A stretch of 63,332 nt of DNA, the filler included, from Chrysochromulina tobinii (taxonomy: Eukaryota), in assembly GCA_001275005.1 (NCBI GenBank). It is 4 parts of 4 records of this genome, joined end to end, with 100 filler letters (N's around TTAATTAATTAA, not from the genome) between each part and the next. Parts side by side here need not be neighbours in the genome. Positions count along the whole stretch, not along the records: positions 1 to 18,010 come from JWZX01001251.1; positions 18,111 to 39,373 come from JWZX01001252.1; 2 more parts are not named here. One strand, written 5' to 3'. The position numbers and the translations under genes were made by a program. Of this stretch, positions 11,943-21,808 are shown piece after piece. Numbering within the stretch: the stretch's first letter is position 1; each line of letters opens with the position of its first letter. The notes beneath the pieces were generated by a model. It was not told where the DNA came from and did not search any database. It saw nothing but the letters and a program-made list of their open reading frames with translations.

Positions 11943-12872
11943 ATGGGTTCCAGCGTGCTGCAAGGCGAGCAGCAAAAGTGGTTCGGCCTCGAGCGCGCCT
12001 TTCGCGAGCAGTGCATGCGCGAAGGCATCCTAAAACCCGAAGACGTCGAGGAGCTCGAGAGAGACGACGATGACAACTGGTTTGCAGGCCAGCGTGCCGT
12101 TGCACTCGAGGTGGCGGACAACTTCAAGCGCACGTTCACGGAACAGAAGCTCGGCCTGCGGCTCAACGTGGGCGAACGGGGTCGCATCATCGTCAAGGGC
12201 TGCATACCTGACTCGCCGGCGGCTTCGCGGCGCATTCCGCCCGGCGTCTTCCTTGACAAAGTCAACGAGGTGTCGACCGAGCACAGGAGCTTGCAAGAAG
12301 TGCAGACGATGATGCAAGAGGCAGCACGGCCCATCCACCTCGAGTTCTCTCAGTCGGCGACCAGTAAGGACTTTGCGGAGCGCTCGCGGCGCGAGGCTTC
12401 CGAACAAGTGTCCAAGGCACGCACCAACAAGGCAGCGGCGGAGAAGGAGGAGGCGGAGCGCAGGGCTGCGGAACTCGCCGCCGCGAACGCCGCGCGTGAG
12501 GCGCTTGAGCAGCTGCCCACGTTCTCGGTCACCTTCGAGGAAAGGATCCTCGGACTCGCGCTGCGCGACGGCGAGGGCGACCACGGCGGCAAGGAACTCG
12601 GGGCCAAGGGTATGTGCTTCGTCAAGAGGGCGCTGCCGCTCTCGCCTGCTTGGCGCGCGGGTATCCCGGAGGGCGTGCGAGTGATCGCCATCAACGGCAA
12701 GTCGGCGCAGCTCCGCAGGTTCAAGGAGGTCAAGAAGCTCATCGAGATCGCGCCGCGCCCCGTCACCGTCGATTTCTCGAACGAGGCGGAACCCACGTGG
12801 CCGCACGCGAGCAGCGCCAAGCGCCCGACGACCATCGGTGGGGTACCCTCGTACGCCTTGAAGCCGGTTTAG
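11943..12872 (+). CDS. Tandem PDZ-domain protein
   Basis: Two PDZ-like units (F.E..LGL.L...VK...P.SPA...IP.G....VN/ING....RP+.+.FS) separated by a helical linker. Confidence 0.8.
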   Translation: MGSSVLQGEQQKWFGLERAFREQCMREGILKPEDVEELERDDDDNWFAGQRAVALEVADNFKRTFTEQKLGLRLNVGERGRIIVKGCIPDSPAASRRIPPGVFLDKVNEVSTEHRSLQEVQTMMQEAARPIHLEFSQSATSKDFAERSRREASEQVSKARTNKAAAEKEEAERRAAELAAANAAREALEQLPTFSVTFEERILGLALRDGEGDHGGKELGAKGMCFVKRALPLSPAWRAGIPEGVRVIAINGKSAQLRRFKEVKKLIEIAPRPVTVDFSNEAEPTWPHASSAKRPTTIGGVPSYALKPV

Positions 12873-13068
12873 TTTCTGTAGGTTGTATGTGGGCGCATCA
12901 CTGTGATGAGCTGGACGAACTCTGGCACTTAATGTAATAAACGCCCCGGCGCGACCGTCATGCTCATGTGGCTCATATCGGCCGACCTCACTCTTGGAAG
13001 TTGGATCCTGCACGTCTCCTCGACACGTCTCCTCGACACGTCTCCTCGGATGCCGTGCACGCCGCCGC

Positions 13069-14433
13069 TCAAACAAGCACAGCCGCGCCAACCTCGGGTC
13101 TCTCGCCCTCCCGCCCGCCCGCAACACTCTCGCCGGCCCGATCCGCTCTCGGGCGCGGACGCAGCACGAGAAACACGAGTGCGGCAACGAGCAAGAGAGG
13201 GCCAGCCGAAACATGGGCGTGGGCGCCGACTGACAGACTGTTGTATCCTACGCGGGCGGCTAGCAGCGGCATGGGCGCGGGCGGCAGCGCCGCGGGCGGC
13301 GTGGACATCACAGGCGGAACGAGGAGCCGGAGGCATTCTGGGCATCGCGTGCCGAGTGTCAAGAACCCAGCGTACTCGCTCTCGCTAAAGCCGCTCGGCA
13401 GCACGCGCACGCGTGGGTCGTCGCGCAGCAGCTGGTACACGTGCTCGTTGGACGCGTCGAAGCTCTGCTCGAGCATCATGGCGTCGTCGGGATCGATATC
13501 TTCGGCGAGTGGCGGGTGCGCGAACGAACCGATCCGCGGTCCGGGCTGCGGCTCGACGACCTTGCGCGAATCACAGCCAGATCCCAGGGCGGCGACCGCG
13601 TCCGGCTGCGAAAAGAAGCGCGTCGGCGGCCACGGCACCGCTGACGGCATGCTTCCATTGATGCTCAGCCCTTGGCTCCGCCTCCGGACCATGCAAGTGA
13701 GCTCGAGGCGCGTGGCGAGCTCGTGATGACTGTACAAAGGCAGCGGGATGACGTGAAGTTCGCCGATTGCGCTGACCCATTCATCGAGCATCCAACCGTA
13801 CCGCCCCCACGAGAAGAGCACACCATTAAAGTCGTCGTGCGGCGCACCCGGCTGCTCCCGTGCCTGTCGCGCCACGTCCGCGTCACGACGCACCAGATCG
13901 CGAAAGCTTATGTGCGGGTCCTTTTGTATGTGAGCCAGCGTCGGGCCGATCAGCTGGCTCTGATCCAATCCTTTGCCCACAAAGAGTCGCATGTGGTAGA
14001 GCGTCGACTGCGCCCGCTGAACGGGCTCACATAGGGACACCACGACCGTTGTGCGCGCGAGGCGCTCCGGCCCATAGAGCCGCGCCAGGCGATCGGCCGC
14101 GCCACGTGAGTGCAGGTAGTCGGGAGTGCCGTCGAGCGTATACGCCGCCTTGTCGCAGCTCGGAAAAGACTGGGCGTAATAGTCGAGGCCTTTTGACCAC
14201 CGAGCCTCCACGTCGAAGAAGTGATGCTCCTTAGTGTCACTGAAGCGGTTGTCCTCAAAAGGCACTCCTCGAGAAAAGCCATTTTCAGCGAAAAGGGTGC
14301 GTGCAAGAGACGTGGTCGCACACTTTTGGGCTCCAATTATGAAGAGTGCTGGTAGCCGCCGGCCTTCGTAGCAGAAGAGATCGTTGGCAGGCAGCGGCGT
14401 GGAGCCTACCAAGTGGAATCTGTCGATCGGCAT
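13069..14433 (-). CDS. Sulfotransferase, heparan-sulfate 3-O/N-sulfotransferase-like, with C-terminal TM helix
   Basis: LPALFIIGAQKCATTSL (5'-PSB loop), KEHHFFD, W.KGLDYY...FP, DGTPDYL, EPVQRAQS. Confidence 0.85.
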   Translation of the reverse strand: MPIDRFHLVGSTPLPANDLFCYEGRRLPALFIIGAQKCATTSLARTLFAENGFSRGVPFEDNRFSDTKEHHFFDVEARWSKGLDYYAQSFPSCDKAAYTLDGTPDYLHSRGAADRLARLYGPERLARTTVVVSLCEPVQRAQSTLYHMRLFVGKGLDQSQLIGPTLAHIQKDPHISFRDLVRRDADVARQAREQPGAPHDDFNGVLFSWGRYGWMLDEWVSAIGELHVIPLPLYSHHELATRLELTCMVRRRSQGLSINGSMPSAVPWPPTRFFSQPDAVAALGSGCDSRKVVEPQPGPRIGSFAHPPLAEDIDPDDAMMLEQSFDASNEHVYQLLRDDPRVRVLPSGFSESEYAGFLTLGTRCPECLRLLVPPVMSTPPAALPPAPMPLLAARVGYNSLSVGAHAHVSAGPLLLVAALVFLVLRPRPRADRAGESVAGGREGERPEVGAAVLV

Positions 14434-14796
14434 TTCGTCCGATCACCCCAAATTCACGATGCGTTGATCTTCCGTCGGCAGGCAAGGCAGCAACCCACTC
14501 ATCTCAAATACCACAATACGGTACCACACCATACTCAACAACCAGGGACCCGGAATCCACACGAAACTCAAGACATATAGGAAGGTCGGAGGTACCGGTA
14601 GCGTGTCCCGGCTCCCCCCGGTGTCTTTTTACCGGTACCAACCCAGAGAGACAGACCAAGTTTCAGAGTGCCACACTGCACGCCACACTGTGACGCACGC
14701 GTGCGTCACAGTGTGGCGGTTTTGCGTCACAGTGTGATGACTCTGACTTGGTCTCTCTCTCTCTGCTGCCCTGGGTTGCTCAGTCAGCTCCCCAGG

Positions 14797-16443
14797 ATGT
14801 CCTCCTACTCACACATCTATGTCCCTCTCATGCACGCCATCCTGAACCACACCGAGCTGGAGGCTGGGTCTTACTTTCTTTCGGCTCAAGCGTGGGCCAC
14901 ACACGATCCTGAGTGGGGCATTCTGGTTCAACAATATCAGGAATGCTTCATCCAGGCCGATGTCGGCCTGCTCGTCGGTTCCGGAGACCAACAGGGCATC
15001 AGGCTCCGGGTGAGCGACGGTGGCTCGAGCATCCTGCAGCTGGGTGTGCTTGAGCAATTTAATGAGCACGAGCAGTCGACGAGACCAGATGGCGACGGTG
15101 ACATATCCTGGCCGTACATCCGGCGAGCACCCGATGGAACTGCAGTCTGCTACTTCCATGACACGGGAGATGATATGGTCCCATATGATCAGTGGCCACT
15201 GTTCGTCAGAGGTCAGGGGGTGACGCAAGAAGGTTTCCTTTCCCAGCACCCTCTCCTGTTTGTGCGACTGCTAGAGATGATCCGCAGATGGATCCACGAC
15301 CCGATGCACGCGCCGGGTGGCGGCGGTGGGGGTGGGGGTGGCGGTGGCGGTGGCGGCGGCAGCGGCGGCGGCGGAGGCGGCAGCGGCGGCGGCGAGGGCG
15401 GCAGAGGCGGCGTTGGCGGCGGCAGCGAGGGCTCTGAGGGCGGCGAGGGCCACGGTGTTGAGGGCGAGGGCGAGGGTGAGGGACCCGAGGGTGGCAGTGG
15501 TGGCGAGGACGAGGGAGGCTCGCCCGCCCGCGTCGAGTATGGCGACATGGCGTATCCTTCCGGCAGCCCTGAGGCACGGACTTATCGCCAGGCCCGGCGC
15601 CATGACCTACTTCATGGACCCGCACGAGGGAGGCGAGAGGGTCTCCAGGCGTTCATGGTAAATGCGATGGGAAATCGACACGCTGCTGCCACAGCCGAAC
15701 TAGAACTTCCAGACGCTCCTGACGCTCCTGACGCTCCTGACGCTCCAGACGCTCCAGACGCTCCAGACAACACCTCCGCTGCTGCCGCCGCCGCCGCCGC
15801 CGCTGCCACTGCCGCCGCTGCCTCTGCCGCCTGCTTGTTGGCCAACCGGCAGAGACGTGCCATGGCTGCGGACGCACGTGCGGCTGCATTTGCTTCTGAA
15901 TCTCGTCGCACCACTGTAGATGCAACAATTGTGCAGCCGGGTGCTGATGCTCACATGGCGGCGCCCGCCACAGTAGTCATGCCCCCTGGCGCGTCTTTGC
16001 TCACGCCTGCAACGAGTTCACTGGGCTCACAACAGCCTCTAGAGGCTACGCACTGTACTAGCGGCGGGTTTCAGTCAGCCAGCACCGACGCAGCCCGGCG
16101 GCGTCGGACTGCGGCAGCAGCAATATTTGCGGAGAGACGGGCTAACTACTCCACTTCCGCAGCTGGCCGTGCTGAAGCAGACGCCTTGGCTTCGGCCTTG
16201 GCTGCGGGTGCTGCAAATGAGGATGACACTTGCCTCATCTGTCGCATTCAGACGGCCACCGAGGCTATCGAGCCGTGCCACCACGTCTCCATGTGTGGCC
16301 CGTGCTTGAGCCAGCAGCGACAGCGGCTGCGACTGGCAACAGCAGACGAGCGTCGATACAGTGACGCACAGGTGCATGACTTCCAGGTTCCCGTGAGCGG
16401 GCTCCTGCGGTGTCCGCTGTGCCGCGTCCTAATGACGAGATAG
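14797..16443 (+). CDS. Gly/Ala-rich protein with C-terminal C3HC4 RING finger (putative E3 ligase)
   Basis: CLICR...PCHHVSMCGPC...CPLCR at the C-terminus; poly-Gly and PDA repeats. Confidence 0.75.
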   Translation: MSSYSHIYVPLMHAILNHTELEAGSYFLSAQAWATHDPEWGILVQQYQECFIQADVGLLVGSGDQQGIRLRVSDGGSSILQLGVLEQFNEHEQSTRPDGDGDISWPYIRRAPDGTAVCYFHDTGDDMVPYDQWPLFVRGQGVTQEGFLSQHPLLFVRLLEMIRRWIHDPMHAPGGGGGGGGGGGGGGGSGGGGGGSGGGEGGRGGVGGGSEGSEGGEGHGVEGEGEGEGPEGGSGGEDEGGSPARVEYGDMAYPSGSPEARTYRQARRHDLLHGPARGRREGLQAFMVNAMGNRHAAATAELELPDAPDAPDAPDAPDAPDAPDNTSAAAAAAAAAATAAAASAACLLANRQRRAMAADARAAAFASESRRTTVDATIVQPGADAHMAAPATVVMPPGASLLTPATSSLGSQQPLEATHCTSGGFQSASTDAARRRRTAAAAIFAERRANYSTSAAGRAEADALASALAAGAANEDDTCLICRIQTATEAIEPCHHVSMCGPCLSQQRQRLRLATADERRYSDAQVHDFQVPVSGLLRCPLCRVLMTR

Positions 16444-17029
16444 GACTGACTTACTGACGAGAGCAGGCGGTGTAAACGGGGGAAGTCGCATACTCGGAGA
16501 AAAGAATGGCATTCTCTGGGGAGCATAACAGCATGCAATGGCAAACACTTGGCACGTGCGGAGAGGACACGCGTGCCTAATTTGGTGGAGACGGGGGCGG
16601 GCAAAGCATGCGCACGAGAGCACAAACATCAAACTGGTACGTACGGGCAGTCGAGACAGACAGGGGTATGCGGGTTCTAGTGTGCGGGGGGAGACCAGGT
16701 CGAGATCACATCGTGAAGTGATGTGAGCCCTCGCAGAGCCCTCGCGGGCGCGTGTGTGCCATGGTGCGTGTGGTTGACGGGACAATTTCTCTGTCCAGTT
16801 GCGGTCTGTCCGGTTGCGGAGGTAATGTGGTAAATCCGCACTCACGAAAACTCACGACGGTTGAACTTTGAAATCAGGGTATGGCGGGGATTGTGTGCAC
16901 GAATGTCGAATCCAGATATTCATCGATAACTGACAGACACCCTGACATGGCGTCCGTGACGTTTGTGTTGACAGATGCCGTGGGGTTTTTGAAGCATATG
17001 ATTTCGATTAGTGTTCCCTATGATTTCAA

Positions 17030-18010
17030 TTAGTGTGCCGGGATAACCCAACGTCCGACCCAGGATAACCCATACAAGTCGGTGTGCGAGCCTGAACCAC
17101 CGTCCTGGCACGCGCTGCCATTTGCCAGGCCATACGTGTTGGTGCACCACATCGGCGGAAGCGAGGGTGAAGGTGAAGGTGGCGGCGGCGAGGGCGGCGG
17201 CGGCGAGGGCGGCGTCGGCGAGGGTGGCGGTGGCGAGGGCAGGGGCGGTGAAGGCGGCGGCGGCGCGGGTGCAGGCGACGAGGGCGGCGGTGGTGAGGGC
17301 GAGGGCGAAGGAGGCGGGGGCGAAGGTGGCGGTGGCGAGGGCGGCGGTGGTGAGGGCGGCGGTGAAGAAGGCGGCGGTGAGGGCGGTGGGGATGGAGGTG
17401 GAGGAGACGGAGGCGGTGATGGTGGCGGCGATGGTGGAGGCGGCAATGGAGGAGGCGGTGACGGAGGAGGAGGCGAGGGCGGCGGTGGCGAGGGCGGCGG
17501 TGACGGCGGCGAATAGTAGCGCCGTCCACAGTCGGTGCAGTCGGTGCCAAAAGCGCACAGAGCCGCTGCACCATACAGGGCGGTGTGCGAGCCTGGGCCG
17601 CCATCTTGGCACGCGCCGTTGCTGGCGTAAGAACCTTGACTAGAACCTTGACTATCAGCGCATAAGTCGTCGCAAATCATGGGTGGGGGCGGCAGCGAGG
17701 GAGGCGGTGGCGACGGCGAGGGTGGGGGCGGTGACGGTGGGAACATGAAGCGTGCGGCGCGGCAGTCGGTGCAGTCCGTGCCCCTGAAACACAGAGCCAC
17801 AGCTCCAAACTGGGTGGTGTGCGAGCCTGGACCGCCATCCTGGCACGCGCCGTTATTTGCTAGCTCACACGTATTGGTGCACCACATCGGCGGAGGCGAG
17901 GGTGGCGGTGAAGGTGGCGGCGGCAAGGGCGGCGGTTTCAAGGGTGGAGGCGGCGAGGGCGGTGGCGGCGAGGGCGATGGCGGCCTCGGCGGTGGCGATG
18001 GAGGAGGTGG
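17030..18010 (-). CDS. Extensin-like SPPP protein with repeated Cys-rich modules (partial; third module truncated)
   Basis: Poly-SPPP tracts alternate with C..C...NGACQDGGPGSHT....C..GTDCTDC modules. 5' end lies in the assembly gap. Confidence 0.75.
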   Translation of the reverse strand, partial: PPPPSPPPRPPSPSPPPPSPPPPLKPPPLPPPPSPPPSPPPMWCTNTCELANNGACQDGGPGSHTTQFGAVALCFRGTDCTDCRAARFMFPPSPPPPSPSPPPPSLPPPPMICDDLCADSQGSSQGSYASNGACQDGGPGSHTALYGAAALCAFGTDCTDCGRRYYSPPSPPPSPPPPSPPPPSPPPPLPPPPSPPPSPPPSPPPPSPPPSPPPSSPPPSPPPPSPPPPSPPPPSPSPSPPPPSSPAPAPPPPSPPLPSPPPPSPTPPSPPPPSPPPPSPSPSLPPMWCTNTYGLANGSACQDGGSGSHTDLYGLSWVGRWVIPAH

Positions 18011-18110
18011 NNNNNNNNNNNNNNNNNNNNNNNNNNNNNNNNNNNNNNNNNNNNTTAATTAATTAANNNNNNNNNNNNNNNNNNNNNNNNNNNNNNNNNN
18101 NNNNNNNNNN
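18011..18110. other. Artificial contig spacer (N44-TTAATTAATTAA-N44)
   Basis: Identical 100-nt spacer occurs three times; the core gives stops in all six frames. Confidence 0.97.
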
Positions 18111-18802
18111 AACGGAAAGCTGGACCTGAGCGAGTTTGCGCAGGTCATTCACGACCTGAGCGCCGCCGACGAGGCTCCCGCGGCGCCTGAGCCTGTCAAG
18201 AAGAAAACAAAGACGCACATGCGTGTCGGTAGACACGGCGTCAGTGTGCGTAAGGCCGCCCCCAAGGACAAGGCCGATAAGGGCGAGGCCGACAAGGGCG
18301 AGGCCGACAAGGCCGAGGCGCCCAGGCTGGCCGCTAACTCGGCAGCGCGGATTTACTCTTACGAGAGCCTCAACGATGGGCTTCTGAAGGCGTCGCTCTC
18401 GTCACATTGAAGAACAAGGACTGGCCTGGGGTGAGGCACATCATCCTCGGCTGGGGCCTGTCGATCGGGATGTTCGGGATTTTCCTGTTGATGACCCTCT
18501 TTTTCGGCTGCTCGCTCTTCGAGCCGCAAGACCCGGCCAAGAATCCATACTTGCCGCCTCTCGAAGAGGGCGAGGTCTCGACTCACGTACCGGGCGATAC
18601 GGTTGAGCTCATCAGGACGTGGCTCTTCTCCTGTGGCTTGCGGTTCTTTTTGAACGAGCCGATGATCATCCTCGCATCCAAGGGGCTGCCCATGCTATTC
18701 GCGAGCGCGTTCTGCGCCAACCTGTGCGGCGAGGTCATCGTCGAATCGCTCAACCTGCTGGTGACGATCATGATTGAGGTGATCAAGTCGATCAAGAGCT
18801 GA
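18111..18802 (+). CDS. 3' fragment of an EF-hand-containing membrane protein, with an apparent frameshift at ~18407
   Basis: NGKLDLSEFAQVI (EF-hand end) open from the gap. Frame stops at 18408-18410 while a TM-rich frame (LKNKDWPGVRHIILGW...) continues to 18802. Confidence 0.55.
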
Positions 18803-19947
18803 AGCTGAATGTGGGAGCGAGCGCGCCTTGCACGGTAACGTGCACGGCGGGAAGCAGAGTGTTGGCACTGGGCATAAAGGGGGGGGTAGAGGTGGGGATG
18901 GCGAGACGCGGGGAGAAGGAGGGTTTCATGAGGGTGCGCTATCGCAGAAGTCGAGCGGGAATGTGGACAGAGAGTCTGAGTGGACACTCGGCAGCGGCGT
19001 AATCGGCAGTGGCGATATCAGCAGCAGCGGTATTCATGGCGGACGTCGCGGCGGCGGTTTTTTTGTGTGCTTATGGCGATCCGTGTGTTGATATCCCGGT
19101 CCGTTGCGGGTGTTGATATCCCGGTGTTGCTTGAGTTCTTTGGGGAATGTTGTATGCATGGTTGTATGTCGCGCATCGTATGTGGGACACGTTTCCGTAG
19201 AACGTAGTCGAATGATGGAGGTGTACTGTAAAGACATGTGAACGTTAACACGACAGACGCGACAACCGGTGCTACGGCACTGTTACTGCCCGCTCAGAAT
19301 ATACACACCTTACATGACCCCATACGAGACACGGAGCATGCGCGCGCTGGCGGCGTTGAGGATGGTTTGGGCGTCGGCGACATGTGTAATATGATGTCAA
19401 CTGTGTTACGCGGACGGTCACGTTGCCGACATATCCGTCCATGTAGGAACGATGGTTCGTGGTAGACGGGTCTTGTGTGGAGGTGAGTGTGTGGTCTGTG
19501 CGTGCTGGTGTGTTGTGAATGAATATGAATGAATGTGAATTATGCGGAGCTCCTCGGGTGATTGCCCCTTGGAGGGGAGAGCGTGAGTGGGTCCCTGTCT
19601 CGAATCTGGCTCTTTGCCGGGTCGTTGACATGCGCGAGGACGGACGGATGCTGCGTCTCTTCAGGGGGCCGCGACACATTCGATTTCGACTCGATGCTCG
19701 TTGCCCCTTGGCTCGCCCATTCGGGGGTTCACCGCCCACGTTGCTCGTTGGCGGGCGCACTCCCTCCCGAGTTCATATTTGGGTCTCGCCGCTTTTTCTT
19801 TCTATGGCTGTTTCTCAGCTCTCCATCTGCATGTGTCTCATGTGAGGCCTGGCCTTTTTGTTTTGATTTGTTTTCACGGCTGTGCTGCTTACGTGTTGTG
19901 TGTATTCATTATGAATTGTGCGTCTTCATAATGATCTGGGGATATTC

Positions 19948-21423
19948 ATGCATGACTCCTCCCCTCGCGCATTGCCGCTCGTCCCTCCGCTGCAGCTGTG
20001 CGAACCGGCGTTGGCCGCTGATCCACCCTCGGCGGCACATTCAAGCCCTCTGCCGCAGCTGTGCGAACCGGCGTTGGCCGCTGATCCACACTCGGCGGCA
20101 CATTCACGCCCTCTGCCGCAGCTGTGCGAACCGGCGTTGGCCGCTGATCCACCCTCGGCGGCACATTCACGCCCTCGCCGCGCTGTCGACTACCTACTAA
20201 ACGGCTCCAGCATCGTGCAAAATCGGCACCTCGCACGGTTCAAAGCGGCTCCGTACTTGCAGCAGCTGCTTGACGCGCCCGAATTCTCGCCGATGTTGAG
20301 CCGCCAGAGCAAGCAGCTCAAAAAGGAGCTCATCGAAGCCTATGCCATCGTCGAAGTGCTCGAGCGACAGCTCGCGTCCGACGAGGCCTCGGCGCCCGTC
20401 GCGGCCATCGTCGACTTATGCTCGGGCAAGGGCTTCATGTCGGCCATCCTGGCGCTCGAGTTCCCGTCCACACGCGTGATCATGGTGGACATCGACCAGC
20501 GCATCAAGACCGGCCACGTGGGCGCCCTTCCCAACTTGCGATTCGTGCGCGCGGACATCATGGGCAGCGCGTTTGCGGCTCAGCTCACGGCAGCGCTTGC
20601 CGCAGCGGTCGACGACAGCATCAGCGGCGGCCGCGGCAGCAGCAGCAGCAGCGGCGGCGGCGGCGGCAGTGGCGAGCACTGCGGCGAGCTCGGCGACTGT
20701 CAAGAAGGTGCGGCAACGGTCATGAGCGACCGTTACATGGGCGACCGAGGCCGATGCATCGCAGTCGGCATGCACCTATGCGGGTCACTCGCCCCACGGG
20801 CAATTGAGCTCTTCGGCGGCTGTGTGCAGCTCGATGCACTCGTGCTCGTGCCGTGCTGTCTCGACAAGCGCACGGACACTCTCCTCAAGGCCCAAGCGAA
20901 GCTGCGTGGCGTCGATCCGTATGAGGCGAAGGTCGAGGAGCTCTGTGGGCTCTTGCACGCGCTTCCCGCCGGCGGCATTCTCGCCGGCGACTGCGGCGCC
21001 GGCGCCGGCAGCGGCGGCGGCAGCAGCGGCGGCGGCGGCTCCGGCGGCGGCGGCTCCGGCGGCGTGCGCGTGGACGTGATCCGCGACAATGCGATGCGGA
21101 CGCAGCTGGGCGGCGAGGACTCGGAGGGTACGGCGAGCTGCAAGAACGCGCTGCTCTGTGCGCGCAAGGCGGGCTGGGACCGTCGGCCGTTGCCCTTGGA
21201 GGAGCAGCACATCCTCAACGCGCCGCCATCGCCACTCAAGGAGCATTTCGACGAGCTCCCAGCGGTGGGGATGCCGGCCGACAAGGCCCACGCCCGCGAT
21301 TGCACCATGGATACATTGCACAGTGGCTCGATGAGCATTCTCGAAGGACTGGCCGCAATTTGGGGCTGTGCGGCTGCACGCAAGCCTCCTCCGAACATGG
21401 ATACACAACGAGCCCCAAAATAG
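19948..21423 (+). CDS. Class I SAM-dependent methyltransferase (Trm13/Trm44-like RNA MTase family)
   Basis: IVDLCSGKGF (motif I), VIMVDID, VGMHLCGSLA, LVPCC. Confidence 0.8.
   Translation: MHDSSPRALPLVPPLQLCEPALAADPPSAAHSSPLPQLCEPALAADPHSAAHSRPLPQLCEPALAADPPSAAHSRPRRAVDYLLNGSSIVQNRHLARFKAAPYLQQLLDAPEFSPMLSRQSKQLKKELIEAYAIVEVLERQLASDEASAPVAAIVDLCSGKGFMSAILALEFPSTRVIMVDIDQRIKTGHVGALPNLRFVRADIMGSAFAAQLTAALAAAVDDSISGGRGSSSSSGGGGGSGEHCGELGDCQEGAATVMSDRYMGDRGRCIAVGMHLCGSLAPRAIELFGGCVQLDALVLVPCCLDKRTDTLLKAQAKLRGVDPYEAKVEELCGLLHALPAGGILAGDCGAGAGSGGGSSGGGGSGGGGSGGVRVDVIRDNAMRTQLGGEDSEGTASCKNALLCARKAGWDRRPLPLEEQHILNAPPSPLKEHFDELPAVGMPADKAHARDCTMDTLHSGSMSILEGLAAIWGCAAARKPPPNMDTQRAPK
19985..20175 (+). 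repeat. 63-nt coding tandem repeat x3 (PLPQLCEPALAADPPSAAHSS)
   Basis: Copies recur at 19992, 20055 and 20118. Confidence 0.9.
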
Positions 21424-21808
21424 ATTGAAGGGTGCAACATGAGATGCATGTACTATGAATCTACGATACCATGATGGATGCTTAATGGATGCAGAATTGC
21501 AGGCGTCGGAGCTCGGCCTTCGGCCAGCTCTCGGAGCTGATTTTTCGCTTAACAAACCTCCTTCACGTGTGATGCACAGAGTGTGAGCGCGGAAGGACCG
21601 CGACGAAACTGACTTACGGCTGCTGTTGCACGGAGTTGATATTGAGCGCGGGGGGACCTTCCTGGAGATGATATTCAAGTTTTCGCGACAGAAAATTTCT
21701 CAACTGTTCCCTTCCTTCACAAAGCTGATTTTCGAGAACCCCGCCGAAGCGCTGGCTGCCGTCCGTGAGGGGCAGTGCGTCGTCAACCCCTCGATCAACC
21801 CCAAAACC

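Noticed and set aside
18055..18066. TTAATTAATTAA palindrome (also at 39418 and 58804)
   Set aside because: Centred in identical N runs; an assembly linker, not biology.
19038..19064. GC-rich stretch followed by T7 as an intrinsic terminator
   Set aside because: Eukaryotic context, poor stem, and no recognisable Pol III gene upstream.
18810..19940. Short ORFs in the AT-richer intergenic tract
   Set aside because: No motifs or coding-like composition; possibly a repeat remnant, but this cannot be supported from the window alone.
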